Below, in pieces: positions 38,401-50,463 of a stretch of DNA of 64,000 nucleotides; the first letter of the stretch is position 1; each line of letters starts with the position of its first letter. A program made the position numbers and the translations under genes. Below the pieces are notes generated by a model. The model saw nothing but the letters and a program-made list of their open reading frames with translations. It was not told the origin of the DNA and searched no databases. This stretch comes from Octopus vulgaris (taxonomy: Eukaryota), in assembly GCA_951406725.2 (NCBI GenBank), contig OX597820.1:108252001-108316000 (forward strand). The letters are read 5' to 3'.

Positions 38401-39151
38401 ACGACCTTCGGACGTTAGGTCTCACCATGGAAATGACTAGAGACCGAGACCTATGGAAGTATGCTGTGCGTGAGAAGACCCGGCAAGACTAGTGAAGCCA
38501 TAATCCGTGGCCCCTACCTGGGACGTAGTCAGTCCACCTGTGCATACCTTCCTTCTTGTGACACTTGTGAAGACCTGTTGAGGCAAGTGAGAATCGAATC
38601 AAATCAAATCAAATCGAACCAAATCAAAATAGATGAACATCAATGGAATTTGTATCCTTGTGGTACCAGTGCCGGTGGCACATAAGAAAACCATCCGAAC
38701 GTGATCGTAGCCAGTACCGCAACGACTGGCCTCCGTGCTGAGGGCACGTAACAAACACCATCCGAGCGTGGCCGTCCGCCAGCCCCGTCTGGCACCTGTG
38801 TCGGTGGCACATAAAAAACACCATCCGAGCATGGCTGTCTGCCAGCCTCGTCTGGCACCTGTGTCGGTGGCACATAAAATCACCCACTACACTCTCGGAG
38901 TGGTTGGCGTTAGGAAGGGCATCCAGCTGTAGAAACACTGCCAGATCTGACTGGCCTGGTGCAGCCTTCGGGCTTGCCAGACCCCAGTTGAACCGTCCAA
39001 CCCATGCTAGCATGGAAAGCGGACGTTAAACGATGATGATGATGATGATGATGATACATATATATATTATTAGTGAATTTAAGAAATGGAGTTGAACGAA
39101 GATTGAACAGAAATCGTTTTATTTCATTCTACACGTGTTTCGAAAGGCACC

Positions 39152-39201
<50 letters not shown>

Positions 39202-39447
39202 AATCTTACATGCATGAAGTGGATTCAATCCACCTTAGCCAAATTTAAATTAACGCTGCAACAGAACTTTTCCCACGATGGAACAATGGTTTTTCTCTGA
39301 CAGCAGTTTTACATTTTCCAGATGCCTTTAGCTAGGCCAAAATAATGTTTTCACTACTTGACCCTTTCTAACATCTACTTCACCAAAAGTGAGAATAGAG
39401 ATAACAAGACCACGAACTAAATCTATTATTCTCAATGATGTATCTAT
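35457..39447. repeat. ~210-bp near-identical inverted repeat pair (35457-35667 / 39240-39447) bracketing the RTE element
   Basis: Direct reverse-complement match, e.g. ggcctagctaaaggcatctggaaaatgtaaaactgctgtcagag versus ctctgacagcagttttacattttccagatgcctttagctaggcc, with only a few mismatches. Confidence 0.9.
35697..39055 (+). mobile_element. Young, 5'-truncated RTE-clade LINE (partial AP endonuclease, RT, PHD finger, C-terminus, 3'UTR, (GAT)n)
   Basis: 747-aa ORF with SAYAPQ, GDFNGH, QIDYIL, QHRLVV (endonuclease) and GVHQGSVLSPLLF, YADD (RT). It continues after a single 1-nt frameshift (~37893-37905) into ORF 37830-38492. The 3'UTR has ~55-60-bp tandem units. Confidence 0.96.
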
Positions 39448-40044
39448 CCTTCTGGATCTTTATATAAGCAAGCACACCCCAAGCAAAAATCAGTTAATCA
39501 CTTGTCCACAACTGAACAGGCAGCTCATGACAACTCGGTTAGTTAAGGAAAGGACAGCTAGAATATGATCACAAGGGATACCTCAACAAAATATAATGGT
39601 CAGCGAGAGAAATGAAAATTCCTGTCAGCAGCTGTGAGACAACATCCATCAATTCTCTCTAGCTCTAATTCTGTCCCTTACAACATCATTCTATCTCTCT
39701 CTGTAATTACTACTACTAAACAATGAAGAGGACACATATACAAACTTTACTTAGCATGCTTTTGGATGAATCAAAACCTGCCTGTCAAGGCTAGGTATTG
39801 TAAAGTAAATAAACATTTCCTTAAAACTTCATGCATTGTCTATCTTTCATATCTTAAAGTAAGCAATCATGAATGGCGGTGCCCCAGCATGGCCACGGCT
39901 CGTGAGCTGACACTAGATAGAATAAAAAATATATAAAATAACAGCAAATAATTATCGTCACAAATACTGACTCAGACATCATAATAATGTTTACTAATAA
40001 ATTTTTGCTGTTACACATATATATATATATATATATGTATGTAT

Positions 40045-40255
40045 GTGTGTGTGTCTGTTTGTCCCCCCCAACATCGCTTGACAACCGATGCTGGTGTGTT
40101 TACATCCCCGTAACTTAGCGGTTCGGCAAAAGTGACCGATAGAATAAGTACTAGGCTTACAAAGAATAAGTCCTGGGGTCGATTTGCTCAACTAAAGGTG
40201 GTACTCCTGCATGGCCACAGTCAAATGACTGAAACTAGTAAAAGAGTAAAAGAAT
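40045..40255 (+). mobile_element. CORE-like SINE 3' half with LINE-related tail
   Basis: Runs gtttgtccccccaacatcgcttgacaaccgatg...catggccacagtcaaatgactgaaactagtaaaagagtaaaaga. Confidence 0.85.
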
Positions 40256-40257
40256 AT

Positions 40258-40655
40258 AGGGTGGAGGAACTCTTGAGAGTCAACGGCCATCCAATAAATG
40301 TCTTAAGGCTGTATCATGCGTGGGAAGATAGAAATAATCGGACTGAATACCCGATCGCACGATTAAACCATTGGGAGTGAAGGACTCCTAGCCTTTGTTA
40401 GGGCATCCTGCTAGGAGAAGGTAACTCAGGTAACTGGGATAACTCTGACATAAAACCTGCAGCTCAGTGGTTACCGATGATGTTGACTTGTTCTTCTTTT
40501 CGAATTATGGCTGCTGTTGCTTAGTGAGTGGGATTGACTCAGTGCACAGCCTTTCCTCACTTTAAAAAAAAATCTTCTTGCACATACATTGCACAATAAC
40601 AACATTGATTAAACTTCATGCAATGGCCACACTCGATAACGAGGGGGCAGCCACC
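40258..40655 (+). mobile_element. Possible RTE-type 5'UTR or bipartite non-autonomous element
   Basis: gggcatcctgctaggagaaggtaactc...tgacataaaacc resembles the recurrent RTE 5'UTR motif. This is recognition from memory only. Confidence 0.35.
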
Positions 40656-40667
40656 ATATATATATAT

Positions 40668-41433
40668 GGGTGCAGAAATATAGGGGAGCACCAGTGGGAG
40701 GGGTGGTTCAGAGGACAGGTACTAGTCAAGTAGAACGTAGGATATCGAGAGAGGGGTAATGCATGGTGAAATAGCGTATTGAAGAGGGGGGTTCAAAGAG
40801 TAGACACCTAAAAAGGAGGTAGGGGGGTGCAGAAATATAGGGGAGCACCAGTGGGAGGGGTGGTTCAGAGGACAGGTTCTAGGCAAGTAGAACGTAGGAT
40901 ATCGAGAGAGGGGTAATGCATGGTGTATAGCGTATTGAAGAGGGGGTTCAAAGAGTAGACACCTATAATGGTGGTGGGGGGTGCAGAAATATAGGGGAGC
41001 ACCAGTGGGAGGGGTGGTTCAGAGGACAGGTTCTAGGCAAGTAGAACGTAGGATATCGAGAGAGGGGTAATGCATGGTGAAATAGCGTATTGAAGAGGGG
41101 GTTCAAAGAGTAGACACCTATAATGGTGGTGGGGGGATGCAGAAATATAGGGGAGCACCAGTGGGAGGGGTGGTTCAGAGGACAGGTTCTAGGCAAGTAG
41201 AACGTAGGATATCGAGAGAGGGGTAATGCATGGTGAAATAGCGTATTGAAGAGGGGGTTCAAAGAGTAGACACCTATAATGGTGGTGGGGGGATGCAGAA
41301 ATATAGGGGAGCACCAGTGGGAGGGGTGGTCCAGAGGACAGGTTCTAGGCAAGTAGAACGTAGGATATCGAGAGAGGGGTAATGCATGGTGAAATAGCGT
41401 ATTGAAGAGGGGGTTCAAAGAGTAGACACCTAT
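40668..41433. repeat. Tandem array of ~5 copies of a 154-157-bp purine-rich unit
   Basis: tgcagaaata recurs at 40671, 40828, 40982, 41138 and 41294, and the copies are nearly identical. Confidence 0.97.
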
Positions 41434-41672
41434 ACATCCGAACGTGGCCGATGCCAGACCCCTCTGGCACCTGTGCAGGTGGCACGTAAAAAACACCCAC
41501 TACACTCGCGGAGTGGTTGGCGTTAGGAAGGGCATCCAGCTGTAGAAACACTGCCAGACTAGACTGGAGCCTGGGGCAGTCCCGAGCTCCCCAGACCCCG
41601 GTCGAAACCGTCCAACCCGTGCTAGCGCGGAAAACGGACGTTAAACGATGATGATGATGATGATGATGATGA
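41434..41672 (+). mobile_element. RTE-type 3' tail abutting the tandem array
   Basis: catccgaacgtggccgatgccag...aggaagggcatccagctgtagaaac...(gat)n. Confidence 0.88.
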
Positions 41673-41879
41673 TATAGGAATACACACAGTTAAGAGTCCT
41701 GATGAAAATTTGTGTGCTGAGATATTGTTATATTTCAGGACTGTCATCTTGCCAAATAAACATGCACTACACATTAGTTCTTCACTTGTTAATTATTGTT
41801 CTTCTTTTATGTCCTTTGTCTACAAGACAAAATACTTCCAAACAAAGGACGTAAAATAAGAACAATAATGGTTGGTACA

Positions 41880-42780
41880 ATGAACTTCTCTTCCTAGACA
41901 TCAACATCAAGATACACAACTCCATCATCACAACAGACATCCACTACAAAAAAACTGACACACACCAATATTTAAATTTCCACTCATGCCACCCATCCCA
42001 CACAAAAAGAAACATCCCATATAGTATGGCAAGACGCATATACAGCATAGTAACTGACTCACAAACACGACTAATAAGGCTAGATGAACTTAAAAACTTC
42101 CTACTAGAACAAAAATACCCACTTCAACTAATAAAAAATAGAATCTCAAGAGCAATGAAACTAGACATCACACAACTCAGGACACCCAAAACAAAAAAAT
42201 AAAGAAACATTATCCCTTTCATAAACACACACAACCCTGGAGTTTCCAACATGTTCCAAATCATACATTAAAACCTGCCAATGGCCTTACAAAGCCCCAA
42301 AATGGAAAACATACTAAATAAATATTGCATAAAAAAACAGTAGACGACAAGACAAAAACCTAAAGAAACATCTAACAAGAGCGAAATTCTCTTCAGAAAC
42401 TAAAACTGAATTCTTTGTAAAAGAGTGCGGAGATGATAGGTGTGGGATCTGCAGTAACCCCACCTACAAATACATTTAAAAGTGGTCACATATTTAAAAT
42501 AAATGCAGATATGAACTGCAAAACGGAGAAAGTAATATACTGCATAACCTGCCCCATGTGCAAGGAGGATTATATAGCTGAAACTGGAAATTCTTTATGC
42601 CAACGAGCCAGGATTCACCGACATGTCCAACAGGAGGAACTGCGCAAGATACCACTGAGTAAACACCTAGATACATGTGGACAAGGAAAATTTAAGATCT
42701 TTCCCTTCTACAAATGTCCAAAGAATGACTCCTCCTTCAGGAGGAATATGGAAAAATATTTCATAACTAAGTTCTGCCCC
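41880..42780 (+). mobile_element. Penelope-like element 3' part (RT thumb, linker, GIY-YIG endonuclease), disrupted
   Basis: [10 protein letters not shown]...TDIHYKKTDTHQYLNFHSCHP and VIYCITCPMCKEDYIAETG. Near-identical to 62520-63440 in the opposite orientation. Confidence 0.92.
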
Positions 42781-42789
42781 ATAACTAAG

Positions 42790-43371
42790 TTCCTTCGATA
42801 TAACTCAACAACTTCAAAACATCAATTTGACACTTTACGTGAAAAGCTTCGCTATAACTCGACAATTCACTTTGGATATCTTCATGACAGTTGCTGAAAT
42901 GGGAGGAGGGGAAGAAGGCTAATGGGTTGTGTGTTTGTGCTTGTTCTTGTCTGTGTATCTGTGTGTGTGTGTGTGTGGCTGTTCTGTTTCTATGTATTTG
43001 TGTGTTGTGGAATATAGATATAACAAAATTATGCCAGCAATGTTTTATTTTAAACTAGAAGAAAAAAAGGCCTTGCATATTTGTTCTTACCTACTTCATG
43101 TGTGTATATAAAATCTGCAAATTTCCAAACAGAAAACAGAATTGAAGATTTTTCTTCAAGTTTAAAATGAGACATTGCTGGCATAATTTCGTTATATCTT
43201 TATTCCACAACACACAAATACATAAAAACAGAACAGGCACACATACAGACATAGACAAGATCCTTCTCCTCCTCCCATTTTAGCAGCTGTCACAGAGACA
43301 TCTGAAATAAATTGTCAAGTTATATTGAAGATATCTGAACTGAACTGTCAAAAGTTGTTATATCAAAGGAA
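42790..43371. mobile_element. Fold-back MITE-like element with long imperfect inverted arms and a short loop
   Basis: Termini are ttccttcgatataac / gttatatcaaaggaa. Internal arms tatgtatttgtgtgttgtggaata...ttatgccagcaatgt pair with acattgctggcataa...tattccacaacacacaaatacata. Confidence 0.8.
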
Positions 43372-44001
43372 TATCCAATATGAGTCTTTGAAGACAGTTG
43401 CTCCTATAACTTCCAAATTAAATTCTGGGATTTATGGAGGGTCAAATTTGGGAACAGAGACAGGACAGTGGAGACATATAAGGAAACTGAATGAAAACAA
43501 ACCTGGAGGGTTGTTAGACCAGAACAAGGGGGAAATAATGAACACTGGGATAAATAATTTCTTTGAAAAGAGAAAAGATGGAAAATGTCCAGTCCTTAGG
43601 TTGTCGTGCAGGAAAAGAAAGATGGTCACGTGAGGAAAAGGAAGATGGACGATGGTCACATGTAAGCAATGTGAGAGAGAAAAGGAGAAAGAGGGCGAGA
43701 GAGAGAGAGAGACAGATAGAACGTGGTGAAGGTGAGAAAAAGGGAATTAGAGAAGAATGGGGGAGAAAACAGTACAGAGAAGAGTTACATCAAAATGGTT
43801 AAGATGAACTTACTTGGAAATGGATGCGTGGCATACAATGAAATAATAATATAAATAATATATATATGCATATATGGGTACAGGACGCCACCAACTGTAA
43901 ACACTAGAAGTACGAAAACAAACAAATTAAATATGCAAACAAGAGAAAAAATGGAAAACAGGGCAAGTAACACAAAGACTGCCCCTCCATCAGTTGTATA
44001 C

Positions 44002-44037
<36 letters not shown>

Positions 44038-44061
44038 ACATATATGTGTGTTTATATATAT

Positions 44062-44097
<36 letters not shown>

Positions 44098-44098
<1 letters not shown>

Positions 44099-44630
44099 GG
44101 AGCAGGAGTGGCTGTGTGGTAAGTAGCTTGCTTACAAACCATATAGTTCCAGGTTCAATCTCACTGTGTGGCACCTTGAGTAAGTGTCTTCTATTATAGC
44201 CTCAGGCTGACCAAAGCTTTAGAGCACTAAGAATACCATACGATTGTGATTGTTGCCAGAGCTACAAACTGGCCTCTGTACCAATGGCACGGAAAAAGCA
44301 CCATTTGAGCATGATCGTTACCTACATTGCCTTACTGGCACTTGTGTTGGTGACACATGAAAAAAGCATTTGAGCAAGGTTGTTGCCAGAGCCACTGGAC
44401 TGGTTCCTGTGCAGGTGGCACATAAAAAGCATCATTTGAGCAACTAGCCATCGTGCCGGTGGCACATAAAAGCACCCACTACACTTTCGGAGAGGTTGGC
44501 GTTAGGAAGGGCCTCCAGCTGTAGAAATTCTGCCAGATCAGATTGGAGTCCGGTGCAGCCATCTGGTTCGCCAGACCTCAGTCAAATCGTCCAACCCATG
44601 CTAGCATGGAAAGCAGATGTTAAACGATGA

Positions 44631-44677
<47 letters not shown>

Positions 44678-44865
44678 TGTGTGTATATGTTTGTGTCTCT
44701 GTTTGTCCCCCCACCATCGCTTGACAACCGATGCTCGTGTGTTTACATCCCCGTAACCTAGCGGTTCGGCAAAAGAGAGATCGGTTGAATAAGTACAAGG
44801 CTTACATAGAATGAATCCTGGGGTCAATTTGTTTGACTAAAGGCCGCAGACAAAGAAAAAAAGAA
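44098..44865 (+). mobile_element. CORE-like SINE (44098-44222 and ~44690-44865) split by an RTE-type 3'UTR/tail (~44225-44635)
   Basis: SINE head, then tandem ggtggcac units plus the (GAT)n tail, then (AT)n, then the SINE 3' half. Confidence 0.8.
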
Positions 44866-44911
44866 TATATAAGGGTCACCAAAAATTTGTCGCCCCCCCC
44901 ATGTCCTCTTA

Positions 44912-44961
<50 letters not shown>

Positions 44962-44966
44962 GGTTG

Positions 44967-45070
44967 GGATCTTTTCGGTTTGAACGGCAGTTTTTTCTAA
45001 CGGTAAGGATTAGGGATGGGGGAAAGGTATCTTTTTTTCTTCCAAAATGTAAATAAACCGAAAAGATACC
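44967..45070. mobile_element. ~104-bp mini-MITE inserted in the left TIR of the Tc1-like MITE
   Basis: Ends ggatcttttcggttt / aaaccgaaaagatacc, flanked by agggttg / aggattg (7-bp TSD with one mismatch). Confidence 0.65.
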
Positions 45071-45158
45071 AGGATTGGCCAAAAGTCACCTGACAGTAAA
45101 TCAAAACTATTTAATTCCAAGATTAAAACAAAAATTATTTTATGAGACTTCACTAATA

Positions 45159-45159
45159 A

Positions 45160-45192
<33 letters not shown>

Positions 45193-46602
45193 TGTGTACA
45201 GTGCTCAGGTGCACTACAACTCATCTAAAGTGTATATATAATCAGGTGTAGTTTCGGCGGATTTCGGAAAGCATGAGGGCCTTAAAGGATGCAGTGTCAT
45301 GGCAGTCAACAACTGACACAGGCAGTTTATTCCATGCTTCAGCAACTCTGAGCGTGAAAAAATGTTTCCGAAAGTCATGGGAGCTGTGTTGTTTTCTGAC
45401 TTTGTAGGCATGTCCACGTGTGTTAGACACATGAAGATCAAAAAGGTGTTCAGTGTTGTTGTTGGTGAGGTGGTTGATAACTTTGTGGGTGTTTACCAAG
45501 TCCGTCGCCAGACGCCGGAGTTTCAGTGAATCCATGCCCAGGGAAACAAGGCGCTCAGAATATGGTAGGTATCTGATGGAGGGTATGCGTTTGGTTGCAC
45601 GTCTCTGGACAGATTCCAGGAGGTCAATGTTCTGAGCAAGATAAGGGTTCCAAACTGATGATGCGAATTCCAAGTGTGGTCGTACCATAGCTGTATACAG
45701 TTTTAAATAGATGGCTGGAGAGCGGCTAACAAAAGTCTTGCTGAGTGATGCCAAGACACCCTCGGCCTTCTTGACAATTTTAGAGATATGCTTTGTCCAA
45801 TGCAAATCACTGCTGACAGTGATGCCTAGGTCACGCTTGCAAGAGGATTTCTTGATATCAGTGTTGTGGAGGGAGTATGTGGACGCAGGGTTTTTTCTCC
45901 CAAAATGCATGGTGGTACACTTGTCCACAGCCAGTTTCAGTTGCCAGTCTGTGATCCATTGCTGCATTGTGTCTAAGTCTGATTGCAGGAAAGAGTTGTA
46001 GACATCAGGATCTGTCCTCTTGATTTCAAGGTACAGCTTGATGTCATCTGCATATTTCAATACTGTGGCATTCTTTAAATTGGCATCTATGTCATTAATG
46101 TATGCCACAAACAAGAGGGGACCAAGGACAGATCCCTGTGGTACACCCGATGACATCTCATATGGTGTAGAGTGCTGTCCTAGAACTGTGACAACCTCCT
46201 TTCGGCTGAGGATGAAGGATTTCAACCAGTTAAAAAGGTCATCCCTCACACCCATTGCAGAGAGTTTCACCATAAGCCTTTTGTGTGGCACAGAGTTGAA
46301 AGCCTTAGCAAAGTCAAGGTAGACAACATCTACCCATGAGCCACTGTCAGTGATCTGAGTAATGTCCTCAAGGAACTCGACAAGCTGATCACTGCAGCTG
46401 GAGTTAGGGACAAATCCCTATTGTGAGGGTCGGATGAGACTGTGAGAGCTCCAGAAGTTCCAGAGTGTTTCTCTGACACACGATTCCATCAGTTTTGCAA
46501 TACAGCTAGTGAGACTGACTGGGCGATAGTTGACAGGTGATGTGCGGTCGCCCTTTTTGAACAGAGGAATGACACTGGCAGTTTTCCACTGCTCCAGAGT
46601 AG
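45159..46602 (-). mobile_element. 5'-truncated CR1 LINE (RT and C-terminus) with (ATT)n tail and 8-bp TSD
   Basis: ORF 45242-46291 (SGVPQGSVLGPLLF, YADD, VRPHLEFASSVWNPY, TRGH) plus upstream NYRPVSLTS. cactaata is duplicated at 45151-45158 and 46603-46610. Confidence 0.95.
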
Positions 46603-46806
46603 CACTAATAGGTAAATGTTGAAAAAAAAGAAAACGGTGATTTTGACTCACAGCATTCGATTATTAAACATTCATGGAATGAATAAATAAAATTGAATAT
46701 TAAATATTTATGTAATTTTGATTTACTGTCAGGTGACTTTTGGCCAACCCCGTACATATTTCCTCTGTAAATCATAAATCCATAAGAGCAATTAAAATAG
46801 TTATTA

Positions 46807-47020
46807 AGGCGGCGAGCAGGCAAAAACGTTAGCACGTCGGGCGAAATGCTTAGTAGTATTTCGTCTGTCTTTACGCTCTGGGTTCAAATTCCGCCAAGGG
46901 CAACTTTGCCTTTCATCCTTTCAGGTTAAATAAATTAAAAACCAGTTGCATACTAGGATCGATCTAATTGACTGGCCTCCTCCCTAAAAATTTCGGGCTT
47001 TGTGCCTAGAGTAAAATAGA
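46807..47020 (+). mobile_element. Full-length Meta-domain-like tRNA SINE
   Basis: aaggcggcgagcaggca...ggttcaaattcc...gcctttcatcctttc...ttgtgcctagagta. Confidence 0.85.
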
Positions 47021-47039
47021 ATTAAAGATAGTTATGTCC

Positions 47040-47870
47040 GGTTTATGGGGTTACATTGGGTTTTGCGTCCATTAAGCGCTTAGCTTTACGGAATCTGCTT
47101 TCAGTTCAGGAAATTTCAATTGAAGTCCCAGGACCCATAAGTCGATCGCGTCGACTTAAGGTAGCGGTCTAAGGGAGGTAATCCCTTGCATTTAATTCTT
47201 TGTCAATGTGTTGAACAAACGAGGTCTTTTTTTTTTCGTGTATTAAGGTCTGAGGAAATATTGTAAAGCTAATTGCCCTATAGACCAGTCGTAATTATCT
47301 TTATCTAATACATACACACACACGATTTTGCCAAAAAAACCCCCACAATTTCGAAACTAATTTCTTTCCCCCGACTCCATCTTTTATTTTTCACTTTTTT
47401 CCGAATTTAAAAAATTTATTTATTGTAATCTTTGTGGCAAAATACAAAGATTACGAATCTAGAAAAGTATTTTTCTAAATTTCAAATTTTCATAGAAAAA
47501 ATTCCATGTCGCCCCTCTCCACTTCTTGACGCTTTTCAGGATGTTTGTTTGCGCATGCGTAGAATTCCCCTGAAATTACAGTCGAAAAAAGGATCAAGAC
47601 CTCAGCAGAAAACTTCAGATGTTAGAAATAAGTTACCTTTTTTTTCTGCTCTGAGAAAGGTCTGGTAATTTCCTATTTGACGTCCGTAAAATCGAATTTG
47701 CTTTAGTTTCAACTCAATTAGCATGTCATCGGGAAGCCTTGCTGCATCTTCCTACGAAATACTTCCAGATCAGCAGAGAATCAATCAATCAAAGGCATTC
47801 AATTACTGGCTCAATCTTTGTCCGATTCAGCTACTTATATTGCTTTGTATGCCTGTCGTGAGGTATTGAA
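47040..47870. promoter_or_regulatory. CpG-rich unique region, candidate promoter/first exon of an unidentified gene
   Basis: NRF1-like tgcgcatgcg at ~47550-47559, interrupted palindrome aagtcga-tcgcg-tcgactt (~47139-47157), tgacgtc at ~47679, and a possible donor gag|gtattg at ~47862. No recognisable protein. Confidence 0.35.
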
Positions 47871-48779
47871 GAATTCTCACATGTACCCAGAGTGAAACTG
47901 TTCAAAATAAATCTAACATTTTCCCTCACGTTTTATTCGCTGTTTGCAATGTGTACCACTTATGACTACTAAATGCTTTATTGAAATAAACTTTGGGCAT
48001 AACTATGATTTTATGAACGTCAAATACGAAATTACCTAAGTTTGTTTTTTTTTAAATATTTTTTCTGTTGGTGTCACAGATTTTTAAATTTTGAAATCAA
48101 GTAAAAAAAGGTATTTTTCCTGTCAAGTATAAATTTTTCTTTTTTTTTTAATTACAATCTACTCGGCTTACAGAACAAGGTGGACTTGTGACAAATGAAA
48201 AGAGTACAGGCAAATTTTTGTTACAAAAAAAAATCATTTTCAACTCTTGTCATAGGATTTATGAAAGATAAACAATGTAATCAGTTGCTAAAATCCTCAA
48301 ATTTTTAAGGGATTTAATTGTATTGTATGAATTCTGAAAAAATAAAATTTAACTTTAATAAAAGCTTAACCTCTTGATGCTATTTATTTATTTTACTTTA
48401 TTTTCATCCTCTCATGAATTGCAAAATAAAAAAAAGCTGATCATAATTTCAATTGAAGTTGAACTATAATTTTGCTTGTGTGGAAACAATTTCTGATGAA
48501 TTTTTTTTTTCTAAATATCAGCTTTCCAAGTCTATTTCATACCATGCTACGAATTATTTATAGGTTGAGTTTATATAGAAATAGTAAATAGTAAATACTA
48601 AAAACTTTGTTGATTATGTGTTTTTATACAAATTATGGAAAATTTAACCAGCCACAAACCATGGTGATCTGTAACGATCCTCTGTATGTGTGTGTGTGAC
48701 AACAGAAATATCTTGTCATTTCCTATGAGCATTATGTGATGTCAACACAGTGGCTCTTCATCATAAGTCGATGTTAACT

Positions 48780-50330
48780 GTTTTGTTCAGAGGTTATCTC
48801 TGACTGGCATGTGGGCCACAAAGCCTGCTCTTGAACTGTGTCGGTGATAACATCTGCTACAGGTGAATTTACTTATCACAATGAAGAAATGATGCCTTTC
48901 ATGTGCTCATTTGCATTCTCTTTGTTGTTCTCAATGGCTGGAATTATGAACATCTGCACAGCAACTGTTGCCATTCTTTGCATCATAGGGCCTTCTCCTA
49001 GTTGTCTGTGGAGATGCTGGAGTTCTTCATATGTCTCTTCAACATATTCTTGTTTTGCAACTTCTGGCCACCACAGCTCCTCATGCCCTGATGCAGTTCA
49101 AACTGTCTTTGGGAGCCTGCCACCACCCACCCTACAAACATGGCCCACCCAACACAGCTGCAATGAGGTAATGATGGCCTCTACACTAACTGAACCAGTA
49201 CAGTGCAGGACCTCTACATCAGGAATGAGATCCCATCATTTGATATGCAAGATAGAGCACAGATAATGAAGTTGGACTCACATCAAGGCTTTGATGTGCC
49301 TGTGGTAGATGGTCATACATTCCATGATGTAGAGGAGACACTTTTATTTTCATGTGGCAAGCAATCTCATGGCAGCTCCATAGCTGCTTCTTGAGAGAGC
49401 CAAAAGCCTTTGTGGCAGAGTGCATTCACCTCTCATCTTCAACGTCAGAAGAGTTAATACAAGTCAATGCACTGCCAAGATAGGCAAAAGTTTCTGTGTA
49501 CTTTAGGGGCTTTCCTTGTACTGTCACTGGTTTTGGCTCTTGTGATCTATTAGGACATCTTGTTGGAAATTGGTAGTGTTGATCTTGAGACAAGACATGT
49601 TTGCTGCACAAGAAAACAGATCCACAATGTGGTGCATGTTTTCAATGCTGCTGGCCACGAGCACTGAGTCGTTTACGTAGAGCAGCTCTTTGACACACAA
49701 TTCGGTGAATTTGGTGGAAAGATGAAGATAGGCCAAGTTGAAGAGCTTCCCATCTGTTCTGATGCAGATGAAACCCCTTGTGCAGATTGACCCTCATGGT
49801 GTCAAAGCAAAACTGTGATGTAAAGAGAGAAGAGTGTAAGGGTAAACATACACCTCTGCTGCACACCATGCTTCACTGCAAACGTTTCACTAAATTCTCC
49901 ACCAACTGAGTCTCATCTTTCATTTCTGTGCAGAACTGCTTGATAATATTAACAAGCTCCTCAGGTACATATAAATCTCTAGCACTTTCCAAAGAGTGTC
50001 TCTGTCCGCCATGTCAAATACTTTGGGAAAGTCCACAAACATCACAAAAAGGGGTTGATGTGGCTCCACCGCTTTCTCCTGTAGCTGTCACAGTCTGAAG
50101 ATTATGTCCCTGATTGATCTCCTTGGTTTGAAGCATCATTGACTCTTTGATAAGACCTGCTCTGAGATGTTGGCTATGGCCTACAGAGAGATGCCCCGGT
50201 TGTTCCCACATACTGCTCAATCCCACTTCTTTTTGTAAATGGTGACTGTCAGGGCATCCTTGGAGTTCAGGGATACACACTCATTTGAAAGACGGATGTT
50301 GTACAGCCTCAACGGCGCCTCAGTAAATAT
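48780..50330 (-). mobile_element. Ancient RTE-clade LINE of a different (BovB-like) family
   Basis: Fragments KDALTVTIYKKK, KELLYVNDSVLVA, VQGKPLKYTETFAYLGS and ATKAFGSLKKQLW across many frameshifts. Confidence 0.8.
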
Positions 50331-50463
50331 ACCTTTTCTTATGTACACATGCCTACACACACACACACACACTGTGCATAGACATGCACAGACACAGGTT
50401 TGTTCCTTGAAGATCAAAATATGTGGCAGATCAAATCTTCCATCATTTGTATAAATAATCATA

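Larger units (their letters stand above)
44959..46752. mobile_element. Tc1/mariner-type MITE (TA target duplication) hosting two nested insertions
   Basis: TA|cagggttg[insert]gccaaaagtcacctgacagtaaatcaaaa ... ttttgatttactgtcaggtgacttttggccaaccccg|TA, with ~32 bp of perfect inverted match. Confidence 0.85.

Noticed and set aside
40668-41433. Possible CRISPR array or retrozyme
   Set aside because: No unique spacers, eukaryotic context, no cas genes, and no CUGANGA/GAAA core found in the unit on either strand.
40963-41496. 177-aa ORF with 52-aa repeats
   Set aside because: By-product of a 156-bp (multiple of 3) tandem unit. It starts inside an antisense RTE tail and the frame breaks in the other copies.
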